Shown one piece after another: positions 39,467 to 50,477 of a stretch of DNA of 64,000 bases (its first letter is position 1; each line of letters starts with the position of its first letter). Source of the stretch: Nannocystis bainbridge (GTDB taxonomy: Bacteria > Myxococcota_A > Polyangia > Nannocystales > Nannocystaceae). The stretch is taken from positions 1,120,001 through 1,184,000 of the forward strand of contig NZ_JAQNDL010000001.1 of the NCBI RefSeq assembly GCF_028368995.1, given 5' to 3'. The position numbers and the translations under genes are program-made. A model generated the notes under the pieces. It had not been told where the DNA came from. It saw only the letters and a program-made list of their open reading frames with translations, and ran no database searches.

Positions 39467-40209
39467 CGGACGAGGATGCCAGGGAAGAAGCAAGCACTCC
39501 AGGCCTTAGGAACGTCGTCCTGAAGCGCTTTCCAAGATCCGCTTGCCGCCCCCCCCAAGACGTGCTGATCTGGCGGCCAAATGTCCGGACCCCCCCCGAC
39601 AACGAGCCTTGTACAGCGGGCCGATCATGAAGCTGGCCACTTCACCGCCGCTCACGCTCAAGGCCTGATCACGCGCCTCGAATGGGTGACGATCAGGCAG
39701 CGAGGTTTCGACGTCGATGCCAACGAGCCGGACGGCCCGCTTTACTTGAGCGCATCGCCTCGCGCGTGGCTCGCACTTCCAGCCGAGCCTCAGTGCGTCA
39801 CGTGGGAATGTCCCGGCGTGCCCCTCGCTCTGCTAATTGACGAGAACAGCCAGATTGAAAATCCTGACTGCAACGCCCGCGCTTTTTCTAACTCAGCAAG
39901 GTAGTGATCAGGCTACGCCGGAATGTTGAGTGCAGGATGCTTCCCTAACGCATGTTCAAGCGCGGAAACCGAGCGAACCACATCACAAGCTGCTTGACGA
40001 GGCTCGGCTCGAGCGTATCGTCGAGACGTCCGAACACTCGCCTCGCCGGCCATGAGCGCGACACGGGAACCCATCAAAAGCTGACATCGCGTATGGGCGA
40101 CAACAGATTCGCCCATACATCTCCCTTCTTCGCCCCACGAAATTTATGCGCGCCCGGGGGCTTACAACCTTCTCCTATCGTCATCAACCTCCACGCCTAT
40201 TGGAGTATC

Positions 40210-43200
40210 ATGAAAGCAATCCACGACCTGCTCCACCTCCTCAACAACCTGCGCGAGCGCATAGGCGGCGATAGCCTGGGTCGCGTCGCCTTGGACAAGC
40301 GCGAGGAGCGTGAGCTACACGCAGGCGTCTCGCGCGGGTTCGAGCTCGGGCTGTCAAGACTCGACGCTGCCAGCCGCAAGCGTTGGGGCGCCGCCGCCCT
40401 GCTGCTCGGCGCCAGGGCGCTCCGCGCCGCCGCCGAGGGCCCCTTTTCCTACGACCGGATCTCCGCCCATGTATCACTGTGGCCGAGGCACCTGGACCAG
40501 CCCCAATACAACGCGCTCGAGGACGGAGCCAAGCTCTGGGGCATCGAGATCATGCGAGTCGTCACCGCGCGCGGGCCCCAGCGGCGCTTCCTCGGCACGC
40601 TGATCCGCCAATCCGGAGCGGGCTGGGTGCTGCTCGAGAAGCTCGCCGCCCTCGTCGCGCGCCAGCAACTCTGGGACTGGATCGTCAGCACCGAGCTCGA
40701 GACTATCGCGGCCTGGATCGACCTCCACGCGCGGCGCACTCTCGGCGAGCGGGTCGAGCGCGCCCTCGATGAAGAGACCCGCGAAGCCCTCGCCGCGAGG
40801 CTCCAGGACCTCGCCAACGTACGCGCTTTGCTCGGCCAGAACGCCACCCCGGAAGCCGCGCTGCAGACCTTCGGCGCAAACGAACTGGCCGCCGCGCTCG
40901 ACGCCCCCAGCACCGACGCCACCCGACGCATGCTCGAGCACCTGTGCCCCTCATCCGACGACGAGGCCTGCGGCGCCCCGCGCTGGCAATGGCACCTCGA
41001 CGGGCGGGGTTACGAGCGCGCCGTCATCGCCCTCCCGCAGCGGCTCCGCCCGCCCGACGACCTGCCGCTCGAGGTCCACGAGTTCCGCGTGCAGCTACTC
41101 GACGATCTGCAGCCCCGCAGCGCCCTGTACGTCCGCGTTCACGGCCGGGACGGCAGGCGCGACCTCTTCGAGCACCGCGAGGGGCCGCGGATCCGCCTCC
41201 CCCGCAACCTCCAGGCCCAGCTCCTCGCCCAGTTCAGGGACGGGCGGGACACGGGCGAGGTCGTCGTCGCCGAGCTGGCCGTCCCGACCGCCCCGATCGC
41301 CGTCTTCGACGCCGAGCGCGGACGGCTGCTCCGTCATCCGCGCGCAGGCACCCGCGTCGCCCTCGTGCTCGCCCCCGGCTGGCGCCTGCACGCCCCGGCG
41401 GGCTTCCTCCCCGGCGGCAAGGAGCCCCTCGAGGCCTGGATCGGGACCATGTCCGACCACGACCTCGCGTGCGAGCTCTCCGGCCCGGACGACGAGACCC
41501 AGTCGTGGACATTGTCCGCGACCCCGCCCCCGCTCGAGCTCACCCTGACGAACGCGGTCCCCGGGCTCCGGCTCGCCCACGCGCCGGTCGTCTGCGGCGC
41601 CCCCGAGTTCCGCAGCAACATCATGCGCGGCAAGGGCACCTGTACCGTACGCCGCAATGGCGAGAGCCTCGGTTCGCTGCAGGTGGTCGTCCGCGGCGGT
41701 CGCCTCAAGCTCTCGTCGGCTTCCCCCTCGACCCTCGATTGGCCGCAGACCGGCGTTTTCTCCCTCGACTTCTCGCTCCGGAGTCACACCTGCACCGAGC
41801 GCGTCGCCGTGCTCCCGGCCGACACGAGGGCGGAGGTCCTCGGCGGCCCGGGCGGCACCACCGCGGCCCTCTCCGGCCCCACTCTGCACGCAAGACTGCG
41901 CACCCTCTCGCCCGATCTACCGACCCAGGAGGGCAAGGGCCGCCTCACGCTCTCGCCGGTCGTCCGCGGCCAGGTCGTGCTCCACTGCGAGCTCGCCGGC
42001 ACCCCGTGGCTCGGCGTGTGGCGGCTATTCGCCCGCCCGCAGATCATGGAGGTCGTCGACACCGAAGGCGCCGTCCGCGACGGCGAGGACGACCTCTCGG
42101 CACTACGCTCCGGCGGCGGACTGCGCGTATACGGCGAGCCCCGCACGATCGTCCAGCTCCAGATCGAAGACGAGCGCTGGTCGCTACGCCTCTCGCCAAA
42201 CGGCGAGCGCGTGTTCCCATTCCGCGAGATCCCGTCGGCCATGCTCCAGCGGATGGCCGAGCAGAAGCAGGTCGAGCAGCTGCGCATCCACGTCCGCTGG
42301 CCCGACCACAGCGAGCAGAAGCGGGCCTTTGCCATCCCCCACAACAAAAAACCCCTGGTGCGGATCGTCCCCGGCGAAGACGGCGCCCCTCCGCGGCTGC
42401 GCGTCGCCTGGTCGCGGCGACCGCCCGGCGAGGTGCACATCGAGGCAGTCCGCGCCTGGCAGCCGTGGGCCCCGAGCGTCTCCTTGCCGGCCCAAGCCGC
42501 GACCTGGCCGGATTTGGACGGCAAGGCGGGCTACGAGGCAGAGGCTCCCCTGGAGCCCGGCAGCTATCAGGTCGCGCTGTTCAGCGGTGAGCGGCAGCTC
42601 TCCGGCGCCACCCTGGTGTTCTGCCCCGACGGCACCCTGCCTCCGCCGCCTCCCCACTTCTCCCGCCTCGAAGCCGAGCTGTGGGACAACCCGGACATCC
42701 GCAAGCTCCCACCGCTTCTGGACCAGTGGAGCGAGGAGGGCAAGGACGAGATGTACCTCCCCGGCCTGCTCCGCAACCTGACGCGTGTCGGCATAAAATG
42801 GTTCCGCATCGCCGAAATTTTGCCCGAGATCACCGGCTCCTGGCGCCTCGAGACCCTGCTGCGCGAAGATCCCAGCGCGCTCGACAGCCTCATCACCGAT
42901 TACTACGAGCAGACCGGACTCGCGTGGATGTTCGTCCGTGATCGCGACCTCGAATGCGTCGCCGGCCGCCTGTATATGCACGGCTCCGGCGCCGCCAACA
43001 AGCTGCTCGCTTGCGTCGCTGAACTCGACGCCGGCCTGCTCTGCGCGGCTGCTCGCGCCTGGGGTCACCTGCTGTCATTCGAGGGCCAGCACCGAGACCA
43101 GACGATCGAGCTCCAACGCCAGCTCAACGCTTACAAAGAGCCGCGACGCATCAGCCCTGACGAGCGCGCGTGGCTCACCGAGCCCGATCTCGAGCCCGAC

Positions 43201-43551
43201 CCGAACAAGCTGTGCGTCCCCCGCCTGCTCGGCCTGCAGCAGCTCAACAGGCACGCGGCGGCGTTGAGCGCCGGGCTCGGCGAACTGGACATCCCCACGA
43301 ATGAGCGACGCTCGACACCTCCCCGGTTCGACCCCGCCTGGTTCGATAGACTCCCCGAACGCCTGCAGGAGCTCGAACGAGCTGCCGCCACCTGGGCCTG
43401 GGCCGTCCATCTCTGGCGCCGGGGCGAGACCATGACCTACAGAACCATGCGCGCGCTCAGCCGCATCGAGCCGCTCGCCCGCAGGAGCTTCGACTACTGG
43501 CTCAATTCCTGGGACCGTATCGACCCCCAAAAATCCGGAGACCACCGATGA
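40210..43551 (+). CDS. druH: Druantia type III DruH-like protein
   Basis: ~1113 aa from ATG 40210 (GGAG RBS); ATGA-coupled to the DruE-like helicase; size and position fit DruH; N-terminal GAKLWG..RRFLGTL and late RAWQPW..LEPGSY segments. Confidence 0.6.
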   Translation: MKAIHDLLHLLNNLRERIGGDSLGRVALDKREERELHAGVSRGFELGLSRLDAASRKRWGAAALLLGARALRAAAEGPFSYDRISAHVSLWPRHLDQPQYNALEDGAKLWGIEIMRVVTARGPQRRFLGTLIRQSGAGWVLLEKLAALVARQQLWDWIVSTELETIAAWIDLHARRTLGERVERALDEETREALAARLQDLANVRALLGQNATPEAALQTFGANELAAALDAPSTDATRRMLEHLCPSSDDEACGAPRWQWHLDGRGYERAVIALPQRLRPPDDLPLEVHEFRVQLLDDLQPRSALYVRVHGRDGRRDLFEHREGPRIRLPRNLQAQLLAQFRDGRDTGEVVVAELAVPTAPIAVFDAERGRLLRHPRAGTRVALVLAPGWRLHAPAGFLPGGKEPLEAWIGTMSDHDLACELSGPDDETQSWTLSATPPPLELTLTNAVPGLRLAHAPVVCGAPEFRSNIMRGKGTCTVRRNGESLGSLQVVVRGGRLKLSSASPSTLDWPQTGVFSLDFSLRSHTCTERVAVLPADTRAEVLGGPGGTTAALSGPTLHARLRTLSPDLPTQEGKGRLTLSPVVRGQVVLHCELAGTPWLGVWRLFARPQIMEVVDTEGAVRDGEDDLSALRSGGGLRVYGEPRTIVQLQIEDERWSLRLSPNGERVFPFREIPSAMLQRMAEQKQVEQLRIHVRWPDHSEQKRAFAIPHNKKPLVRIVPGEDGAPPRLRVAWSRRPPGEVHIEAVRAWQPWAPSVSLPAQAATWPDLDGKAGYEAEAPLEPGSYQVALFSGERQLSGATLVFCPDGTLPPPPPHFSRLEAELWDNPDIRKLPPLLDQWSEEGKDEMYLPGLLRNLTRVGIKWFRIAEILPEITGSWRLETLLREDPSALDSLITDYYEQTGLAWMFVRDRDLECVAGRLYMHGSGAANKLLACVAELDAGLLCAAARAWGHLLSFEGQHRDQTIELQRQLNAYKEPRRISPDERAWLTEPDLEPDPNKLCVPRLLGLQQLNRHAAALSAGLGELDIPTNERRSTPPRFDPAWFDRLPERLQELERAAATWAWAVHLWRRGETMTYRTMRALSRIEPLARRSFDYWLNSWDRIDPQKSGDHR

Positions 43552-46500
43552 ACTCGTCCGCGACACGACCACACTACCAGTTCGACGCATTCGGCGCCCA
43601 GCGCAAGCTACGCGAGCGGCTGGCCGATTTCTTGCTCGACAGCTTCAACGTCCGGGACCCCGAGCTCGCCCACCGCCTGCACCGCGACTGGGCCACCTCG
43701 ACGCGGCAATCTGACCGCCTGTTCGCGCCGATGCTCGTGCAGGGGGCCTTCCCCTTCCCGCCCGACAAGACCCCCGTCGACCTCCAGTCTCCCAGCCTCA
43801 GCGCGCGAGACCCCGAGCGCCCGCTCCACCCGCGCACCATCAAGCTCCTGGCCGCCGCCGGCATCGATTACCCCCTCTATAAGCACCAGGTCGAGACGAT
43901 CCGGCACGCCGCCGCCGGCAAGACCGTCATCCTCTCCGCGGGCACGGGCAGCGGAAAGACCGAGTCGTTCTTGATCCCCGTGATCGACCGCCTGTTCTGG
44001 GACCACGAGCTCGGGCTCGATGACATCTCTCAGCCCGGAATCCGCGCGATGATTATCTACCCGCTCAACGCCCTGGTCAACAACCAGGTCGAACGGATCC
44101 TCGAGCTCCTCCGCGACGAGGCCGACCTCACCTTCGCGTTCTACACCAGCCGCTTGAAGGAGTCGCGGACCGCCGCCGAGCGGCAATATCACAACCTCGG
44201 GCGCGAGGTGCCCCCCGATTGTCAGATCATCGACCGCAAGTCCCTGCGGGGCCTCGGCGACGCCGGCAAGTCGCGGCAGGGCCCGCCGCACATCCTCGTC
44301 ACCAACTTCTCGATGCTCGAGTACATGCTGATCCGGCCCCTGGATCACAGCATCTTTCGCCACATCATGTACGATGGGCGGCCGCGCCTGCGGGCGATCG
44401 TCCTCGACGAGGCCCACGTGTACGCCGGCGCCCAGGCCGCCGAGATCCACATGCTCCTGCGCCGCGCCGCGCTGCGCTTCGGCACCCACCTCGAAGACAT
44501 CCAGGGCTACGCGACGTCCGCGACCCTCGGCGGCGACGACGAGGGCAAGACCCTGCACAAATTGGCGGCCGACATGTTCTCGAGCCCGCGCGAGCGGGTC
44601 GCGTCCATCGTCGGCCACCGCTACCTGCCCTCGGAAGGCAGCCCCGTCCGAACCGACCTCGGCCCCCTGCAGATCCCCGACGCCCCGCCCGACGCCCCCC
44701 CGCTGGTGCCCGAAGACCTCCAGACCGTCCATTTCGACGCGAAGGGTAACCCCGACGATTTGGTCCGCGACGACGCCGCCGCGCACAAGGCCGCAAGAGC
44801 CTGCGTCGAGCTCGGCCTCGCTACAGCCGACGAGATTCCCGGACTCGTGGCGAAGTCGGAGTCCCGTCCCGCACTCTTGCTGCACCACGTCCTCTCGCGC
44901 CACCCGGGCCTCGTCGAGTTGCGCCGCTGGCTGTTCGAGGGCGACGGCGGCGGCGAAAAGCATGAGACCCGCTATCTGCACGAGGTCGTCCACAAGCTCT
45001 TCCCCACCGCCAGCGCCAGCGCAGGCGCCGAGCGGGCCACCTACGCGCTGCTGCAGCTCGGCTCCCTCGCCCGGCTCACCGCCAAGAGGCACCCGTACAT
45101 CCCTGCGCGCATGCACCTGTTCGTCCGCACCCCTGCCGGCGTGTGGGTCAAGCCCAAGCGCGACGGCGCGGACTCACCGACCTGGCCGTGGGGCTCGCTG
45201 ACGACCCAGCCCCCCGCCGAGATTGCCGAGGATGACCCATGGCTCCGGCTGTACCTCTGCCGGAGCTGCGGCTGCCCCATGCTGCGCGTGTGGGAGAAGG
45301 CCGGCGCGGTCCAGGCCCCACTGCTGTTCGCTACCCCGGCCTCGCAGGGGACCGTGAAGATGGCTCACTTTAGCTCCGACACCTCGCGTCGGCTCCCCGA
45401 CTCGTGGGGCGGACAGCCCGTCGACCTGGTGCCAGTGATCGCCGGCGACGACGATCGCTACGAATCGCTGGCGCTCGACCGCTGCCCACATTGCAAGATC
45501 GAAAAGGCCGAGCTCGAAGACCTCCAGCTCCCCGCCCGCGCCGCGCTGCCGGCTCTGGTCGACGGGATCTATCCGAGCCTCGGCGAGATCCCGCAATCCT
45601 CCGATACTCTCCCAGGCGGAGGCCGGCGCATGCTCGCCTTCTCGGACAGTCGGCAGGGCGCCGCACGCCTCGCCGTCGAGATCGAGCGCACGCACGACAT
45701 CGGCGTCAATCGCCAGCTCCTGTGGCGACTCCTGGCCACGCTCGGCCCTGAGAGCGACGACGGGCAGGTCAAGTTCAGCGACCTCCACGCGGCCCTCGTG
45801 GCCGACCCCTCACTACGCCAGCGCGCCGAGGCGAGCGCAGTCGAGGACGCCCCCGACGACGATTTCCTGCACAACCTCGCCACCGTCTCGATCTTCGAGG
45901 AATTGTCGACCCCCCCGGTGACCCGCGGCAACACGCTCGAGCTCCTCGGATTGGTGGAGGTGTCCTACCCGGGGCTCCGTCAGCTCAAGCTCCCGACCGA
46001 GCTGCGCGGCGCCCTGTCCGAGGCGGCCTGGCACGATCTGCTGGCGACCGTCCTCGACTACGCCCGCTCTCGCGGCGCCGTCAAGCGAGAGAGCCTCCGC
46101 TCCGAGTTCTCCGGCAAGTCCGACTCGCTGTATGACCTCCTGCCCCTGCCGCATAAGGACCGATTTATCGTCCTCGCCAGCAAGCAGCAGGGCGTCCAGC
46201 GCCAGCGCACCGCGGCCCCGCCCTCCGATGAATCGGACCGGACCATCCCGCTCCATTCGACGCAAGGCCGGCTCCTCAACTTCGCGCGACGACTGCACGA
46301 GCGCCATCCGCTCCCCGTCGACGCCGAAGCGCTCCTGCGCGCCGTCTGGGACGCCCTGCTGGCCGGGGCGGAGAACCCGGTCTGCAAGCGCTGGCTGAAA
46401 AAAAGCGCCGCCGGGCCGGGCACCGGCAGTGAGACGGGCTTGCAGATCGATCTGAAGCACCTGCAGTTCAAGGCCCACCTCGACGGACCTCCCTTCATCG

Positions 46501-49500
46501 AGCCGGTCACTGGCCGGCTGCAATTCCGCAGCGTCCTCGGCGTCAGCCCTCAGCCGGACAACCCTCACCCGCTGCGCCCGCTCGACGACGAGGAGCGCCA
46601 GCGCTGGGCCAGCCGTCACGCCGTCCGCCGCGTCCGCGATCACCAGCTCCTCGGCCTGTGGAGCGTCGAGCACACCGCCCAGCTCGAGGTCGACGAGCTC
46701 GAGGAGCAGGAGCGCAAGTTCCGCGAGGGCAAGCGCAACTTCATGTCGTCGTCGACGACGATGGAGATGGGCATCGACCTCGGCGGCCTCACCCTGGTCC
46801 TGCTCGCCAACGTCCCGCCGGGCCCCGCCAACTACTGGCAGCGAGGCGGCCGCGCCGGGCGCCGCACCGACGGCTCTTCTCTCGTCCTGACGCTCGCCCA
46901 ACCTCGCCCCCATGACCAGCGCGTGTTCGCCGAGCCCCGCGCCTTCCTCGAGCGGCCGATCGTGCCCCCGCAGGTGCGCCTCGACTCCCGCGCGCTCCTC
47001 CTGCGACACGTCAACGCGTTCCTACTCGCCGAATTCTTCCGCGCCGTCGTTGTCCCTCAGGGCGGCGGCAACCCACTGCGCGCTTTCGGCTACGTCGGAG
47101 AATTCATCCTCGATCCGGCCCCCCACCACGCCGTCGCGGCCGCGCTCCGCGACCGACTGGCAATCGACAAGGATGAGACGCTCGCGGACGTCTTCCTACG
47201 CTGGCTCGATCTCCTGCCGGCCGACGAGCCCCTTATGCAGGTGGTCTGCGAGCGCCTCATCGTCGGGACCTGCCTCGCCAACGAACCCCTCGAGGCCCTC
47301 GTGCGCGTCTGCGCCGCCGCGTTCACCCACGCCCGCGACCGCGCCCGCCGGGAGGAGTCGGTGCTCAAGCAGCAAGAGCAGCGCGAACGCGATCTCGGCG
47401 AGGGCAAGCGCGACGACAAGTACCTGCGCCTGCTGGAGCGGCAGAAGAAGCACCTCGCGCGCGAGCCGCTGCTGTCTTACCTGGTCCGCAACGACTTCTT
47501 GCCGCGCTTCGGCTTCCCGATCGAGGTCGTCCGCCTCGATACGACCTACAAGGTCTCCTGGCGCGACGACGATGATGTCCACCCGGACGAGGACGGCGCC
47601 GCGCTGCGGATGGAGCGAAGCCTCGACCTCGCGCTGTCCGAGTACGCCCCAGGCGGGGAAGTCATCGCCAAGAAGCGGGTCCACCGCGTCGCCGGCCTCG
47701 TGCCGAACTGGCTCGCCGAGGAAGCGGGCCCGGCCACTCGCCGCTACTTCAGCGAATGCTCGCAGTGCCACTTCGTCACGTTCGAGGACAATACGCAGCC
47801 GCAGCAGTGTGAAGTCTGCGAGCACAAAACCGAGTCCTTCCTGGAATTCCTCGACCGCAGCGCGCGCATGAGCAGCAAGAAGGCCGCCAAGGAGCGCGCC
47901 GACGCCGGCGACGAGGAGGCGGACGGCACGCCGCAACCGAGCCCGGTCCGTAGCTACCTCGTGCCGGCCGGCTTCGCCGTGAAGTTCGGCAAGGGCCCCC
48001 GCCGGCTAGCGGGCAGCGTCAAGCGCATGCCGGCTCCCAAGGCGACGATCGGGCCCAGCCACAGCCCGCCGTCCGAGATCATCGCCGGCGCCCTCGCCAT
48101 GGGCTTCACGCCGAAGTCCTCGCTGTTCATCCGCTCCGAGGGGCAGGTCGCGTACACCTCCCGGTCGGTCGGCACCCGCTACGGCTTCGGATACCGCATC
48201 TGCCAGGCATGCGGGCTCGCGGCCCCGGAGAAGGACTGGGACAAGCAGCCTCCGGGCGAATACCGTGGCCATGAGTTGCTGCGGTGGACGCGGAAGTGCG
48301 AGCACGGAGACCGATCCTGGGTTCACGAGGTGCTCGGGATCCAGCAGAGCGTCGACGCCTACCGCGTGCGCCTCCTCGGCGACCTCGCGCCGCCCACCAG
48401 CGGGTTCAGCGACGCAGAGAAGTTCTTCTTGTCGCTGGCGGTCTGCATGCAGCAAGCAGCCGCCGAAAAGCTCGCGGTCGACCCCCGCGTGCTGCAACCG
48501 ACGATAGCGACGTATCGCGACGACCTCGGTCAAGCGGGGACGGAGGCGGTGATCTATGACAGCTCCGGCTCGGGGCTCCTCGCGCACCTCGACGAAGAGC
48601 CCCTGGGCCTGATCCAAAAGGTCTGCGAATTGCTCGATACCCGCGATTTCGCGGCGTTCGTCCAGTTCGACAATCAGTTCCTCGTCGAGCAGGGACGGCT
48701 CGACATCCACTGGCTGCGCCGCCACCTGATCGAGGACGAGGGCCGACGCGTGCGGCTGATGAAGGGCAGCGCGATGTTTGAGCGGGAGGGCGCCGCCCCG
48801 CTGCGGGGCATGACGCCGCGCATGGCAGCCCAGAACCTCATCGACGACGACGCCCTCACAGTGTCTCTCCAGGCCGCCGAGCTCGACGAGTCCGCGTTCG
48901 AGCCCGGCCAGGTCCTGCGCGCCGTGTGGGCCCGCGCCGTCCGTGGCTCGCAGCGAGCGGGGCGTGTGCGGCTCCAGATCGGCCGACTCCCTGAACTGCG
49001 CGGCGACCCCGGGCAACTGCTCCTGGCGAGCCGTCTGGCCCAGCTTGTCGAGCTCGGCGTCGAGCTCGCCCACGTCTCTTCCACCGCGCTCCCACCGCTG
49101 GAAGAGGACTGCTGGAACGTCCTCGCCCGCTCGCCTCGCGGCGTTCGTGTGCTCGGGGGTATGAGCACCAGCGGCGACACGCTGGGCGCGTGGAAGGGCC
49201 CGGCCTTCGGCCGCGCCTGGCTCAAGGACGGCTTCGCCGTCGAGAGTGCGCAGGAGCTCGCGGCCAAGCTGGCGTGGGAGCAGTTCGAGGAGCGCTGGAG
49301 CCGCGCGAGCCTCGTGTCCGCCGACGCCCTCCGCCCGGGCCCGGAGCAGCGCCAGTGGGTGCTCGTGATCCCCGGCGGGGACACCTCCCCCGAGGCCACG
49401 AACATCTCCGCGATCCTCGAAGACCGCACCGGATTGGGCCGCCTCGCCGAGCTCGGCGAGGTTACGTCCGTGACCTACCGCGACCGCTACATCGAACGCA

Positions 49501-49940
49501 GCGCGGTTGCGATGTGGACGCTGGATCGCCTCCTGAACCTGTTCCGCTACGCAGACGGGGCGCGAGGAGAAGTTCACTGCTTGGAGCCCAACCGCGCTGG
49601 AGGGCTCACCACCTCGGTGGACCAGGTCCTGGGCGCACGGACGCCCCCAGACGACCTGGATCGCGCCACCGCCATGAAGTTTCGGGAGTGGTGCGAGCAA
49701 AGGAGCCAAGGGCGGAAGTTGCAGCTGAAGTTCAGGCACCGGCGAGCCGCCCACGAAATCGGACATCAGCGGAAACTAGAGGTCGCGTTCAAGCCCGGCG
49801 GCCAGCTGTCCCGCATCGTGGCTCTGTTCGATCATGGCCTGGATTGGGTCCGCCCCATTGATGGCCGGAATACTCAGCCCTGGACCAGGCAACCCATGAG
49901 AGCAGAGGCCTCGCACATCGTCGTCCTAGCGCTCCCATAG
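43548..49940 (+). CDS. druE: DEAH-box SF2 helicase with DUF1998-like region, Druantia DruE-like
   Basis: 2130 aa; GTGSGKTESF, YPLNAL, DEAH, SAT, LPGGGRRMLAFSDSRQGAAR, STTMEMGIDLG, YWQRGGRAGRR, several CxxC, C-terminal YRDRY..HQRKLEV..DHGL. Confidence 0.8.
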   Translation: MNSSATRPHYQFDAFGAQRKLRERLADFLLDSFNVRDPELAHRLHRDWATSTRQSDRLFAPMLVQGAFPFPPDKTPVDLQSPSLSARDPERPLHPRTIKLLAAAGIDYPLYKHQVETIRHAAAGKTVILSAGTGSGKTESFLIPVIDRLFWDHELGLDDISQPGIRAMIIYPLNALVNNQVERILELLRDEADLTFAFYTSRLKESRTAAERQYHNLGREVPPDCQIIDRKSLRGLGDAGKSRQGPPHILVTNFSMLEYMLIRPLDHSIFRHIMYDGRPRLRAIVLDEAHVYAGAQAAEIHMLLRRAALRFGTHLEDIQGYATSATLGGDDEGKTLHKLAADMFSSPRERVASIVGHRYLPSEGSPVRTDLGPLQIPDAPPDAPPLVPEDLQTVHFDAKGNPDDLVRDDAAAHKAARACVELGLATADEIPGLVAKSESRPALLLHHVLSRHPGLVELRRWLFEGDGGGEKHETRYLHEVVHKLFPTASASAGAERATYALLQLGSLARLTAKRHPYIPARMHLFVRTPAGVWVKPKRDGADSPTWPWGSLTTQPPAEIAEDDPWLRLYLCRSCGCPMLRVWEKAGAVQAPLLFATPASQGTVKMAHFSSDTSRRLPDSWGGQPVDLVPVIAGDDDRYESLALDRCPHCKIEKAELEDLQLPARAALPALVDGIYPSLGEIPQSSDTLPGGGRRMLAFSDSRQGAARLAVEIERTHDIGVNRQLLWRLLATLGPESDDGQVKFSDLHAALVADPSLRQRAEASAVEDAPDDDFLHNLATVSIFEELSTPPVTRGNTLELLGLVEVSYPGLRQLKLPTELRGALSEAAWHDLLATVLDYARSRGAVKRESLRSEFSGKSDSLYDLLPLPHKDRFIVLASKQQGVQRQRTAAPPSDESDRTIPLHSTQGRLLNFARRLHERHPLPVDAEALLRAVWDALLAGAENPVCKRWLKKSAAGPGTGSETGLQIDLKHLQFKAHLDGPPFIEPVTGRLQFRSVLGVSPQPDNPHPLRPLDDEERQRWASRHAVRRVRDHQLLGLWSVEHTAQLEVDELEEQERKFREGKRNFMSSSTTMEMGIDLGGLTLVLLANVPPGPANYWQRGGRAGRRTDGSSLVLTLAQPRPHDQRVFAEPRAFLERPIVPPQVRLDSRALLLRHVNAFLLAEFFRAVVVPQGGGNPLRAFGYVGEFILDPAPHHAVAAALRDRLAIDKDETLADVFLRWLDLLPADEPLMQVVCERLIVGTCLANEPLEALVRVCAAAFTHARDRARREESVLKQQEQRERDLGEGKRDDKYLRLLERQKKHLAREPLLSYLVRNDFLPRFGFPIEVVRLDTTYKVSWRDDDDVHPDEDGAALRMERSLDLALSEYAPGGEVIAKKRVHRVAGLVPNWLAEEAGPATRRYFSECSQCHFVTFEDNTQPQQCEVCEHKTESFLEFLDRSARMSSKKAAKERADAGDEEADGTPQPSPVRSYLVPAGFAVKFGKGPRRLAGSVKRMPAPKATIGPSHSPPSEIIAGALAMGFTPKSSLFIRSEGQVAYTSRSVGTRYGFGYRICQACGLAAPEKDWDKQPPGEYRGHELLRWTRKCEHGDRSWVHEVLGIQQSVDAYRVRLLGDLAPPTSGFSDAEKFFLSLAVCMQQAAAEKLAVDPRVLQPTIATYRDDLGQAGTEAVIYDSSGSGLLAHLDEEPLGLIQKVCELLDTRDFAAFVQFDNQFLVEQGRLDIHWLRRHLIEDEGRRVRLMKGSAMFEREGAAPLRGMTPRMAAQNLIDDDALTVSLQAAELDESAFEPGQVLRAVWARAVRGSQRAGRVRLQIGRLPELRGDPGQLLLASRLAQLVELGVELAHVSSTALPPLEEDCWNVLARSPRGVRVLGGMSTSGDTLGAWKGPAFGRAWLKDGFAVESAQELAAKLAWEQFEERWSRASLVSADALRPGPEQRQWVLVIPGGDTSPEATNISAILEDRTGLGRLAELGEVTSVTYRDRYIERSAVAMWTLDRLLNLFRYADGARGEVHCLEPNRAGGLTTSVDQVLGARTPPDDLDRATAMKFREWCEQRSQGRKLQLKFRHRRAAHEIGHQRKLEVAFKPGGQLSRIVALFDHGLDWVRPIDGRNTQPWTRQPMRAEASHIVVLALP

Positions 49941-50059
49941 CACAGCGTGGGCGAGAACGAGTTCGCGGAGAAGCCAATGCACTCCAGGGCGACGAGACCA
50001 CGAGAGCCAGAAGCAGGCACGCGCTCAAGACTGAACCCGGGCCCGCGCCCGCACCGACG

Positions 50060-50458
50060 CCGTCGACGCGGTGTGCCGCCTCGCCGAGGTCTCGAGGCCG
50101 GCGGCGCGCAGTTGTGCGCGCACCTGCTGCCGAGCGCGCGGGGCCTGGCCGACCTGCCCGGCGAGCTGTCGGCGTCGCTGTCGGCTCCCGACGCGCCGGG
50201 ACTCGACGACTGGGCCGCCGCGCACCAGGTCTCGCCAGCGACCGCGTGGCGGTGGTTCCACGCGCTCTACGCCGTCGCGCTGGCCCGCTACCGCGTCGGG
50301 TCGTCGAGGGCGACGAACCGCTGGCGACGATCGCCGCGACCGCCGGCTTCGCCGACCAGGCGCACATGACCCGCGACATCCGGGCGCTGACCGGCCGCAC
50401 GCCGGGCGAATGGCGGCGCGTCGGGATGCAACTTTCGTTCGAGACCGCCGCCGGGTGA
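50060..50458 (+). pseudogene. AraC-family regulator C-terminal fragment
   Basis: LATIAATAGFADQAHMTRDIRALTGRTPGEWR; upstream part broken across frames. Confidence 0.7.
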
Positions 50459-50477
50459 GCGTGCACTGTGCCGGGCA

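Noticed and set aside
39581-39904. HEAGH metalloprotease-like ORF
   Set aside because: Motif only, in a scrap region; no support for an intact gene
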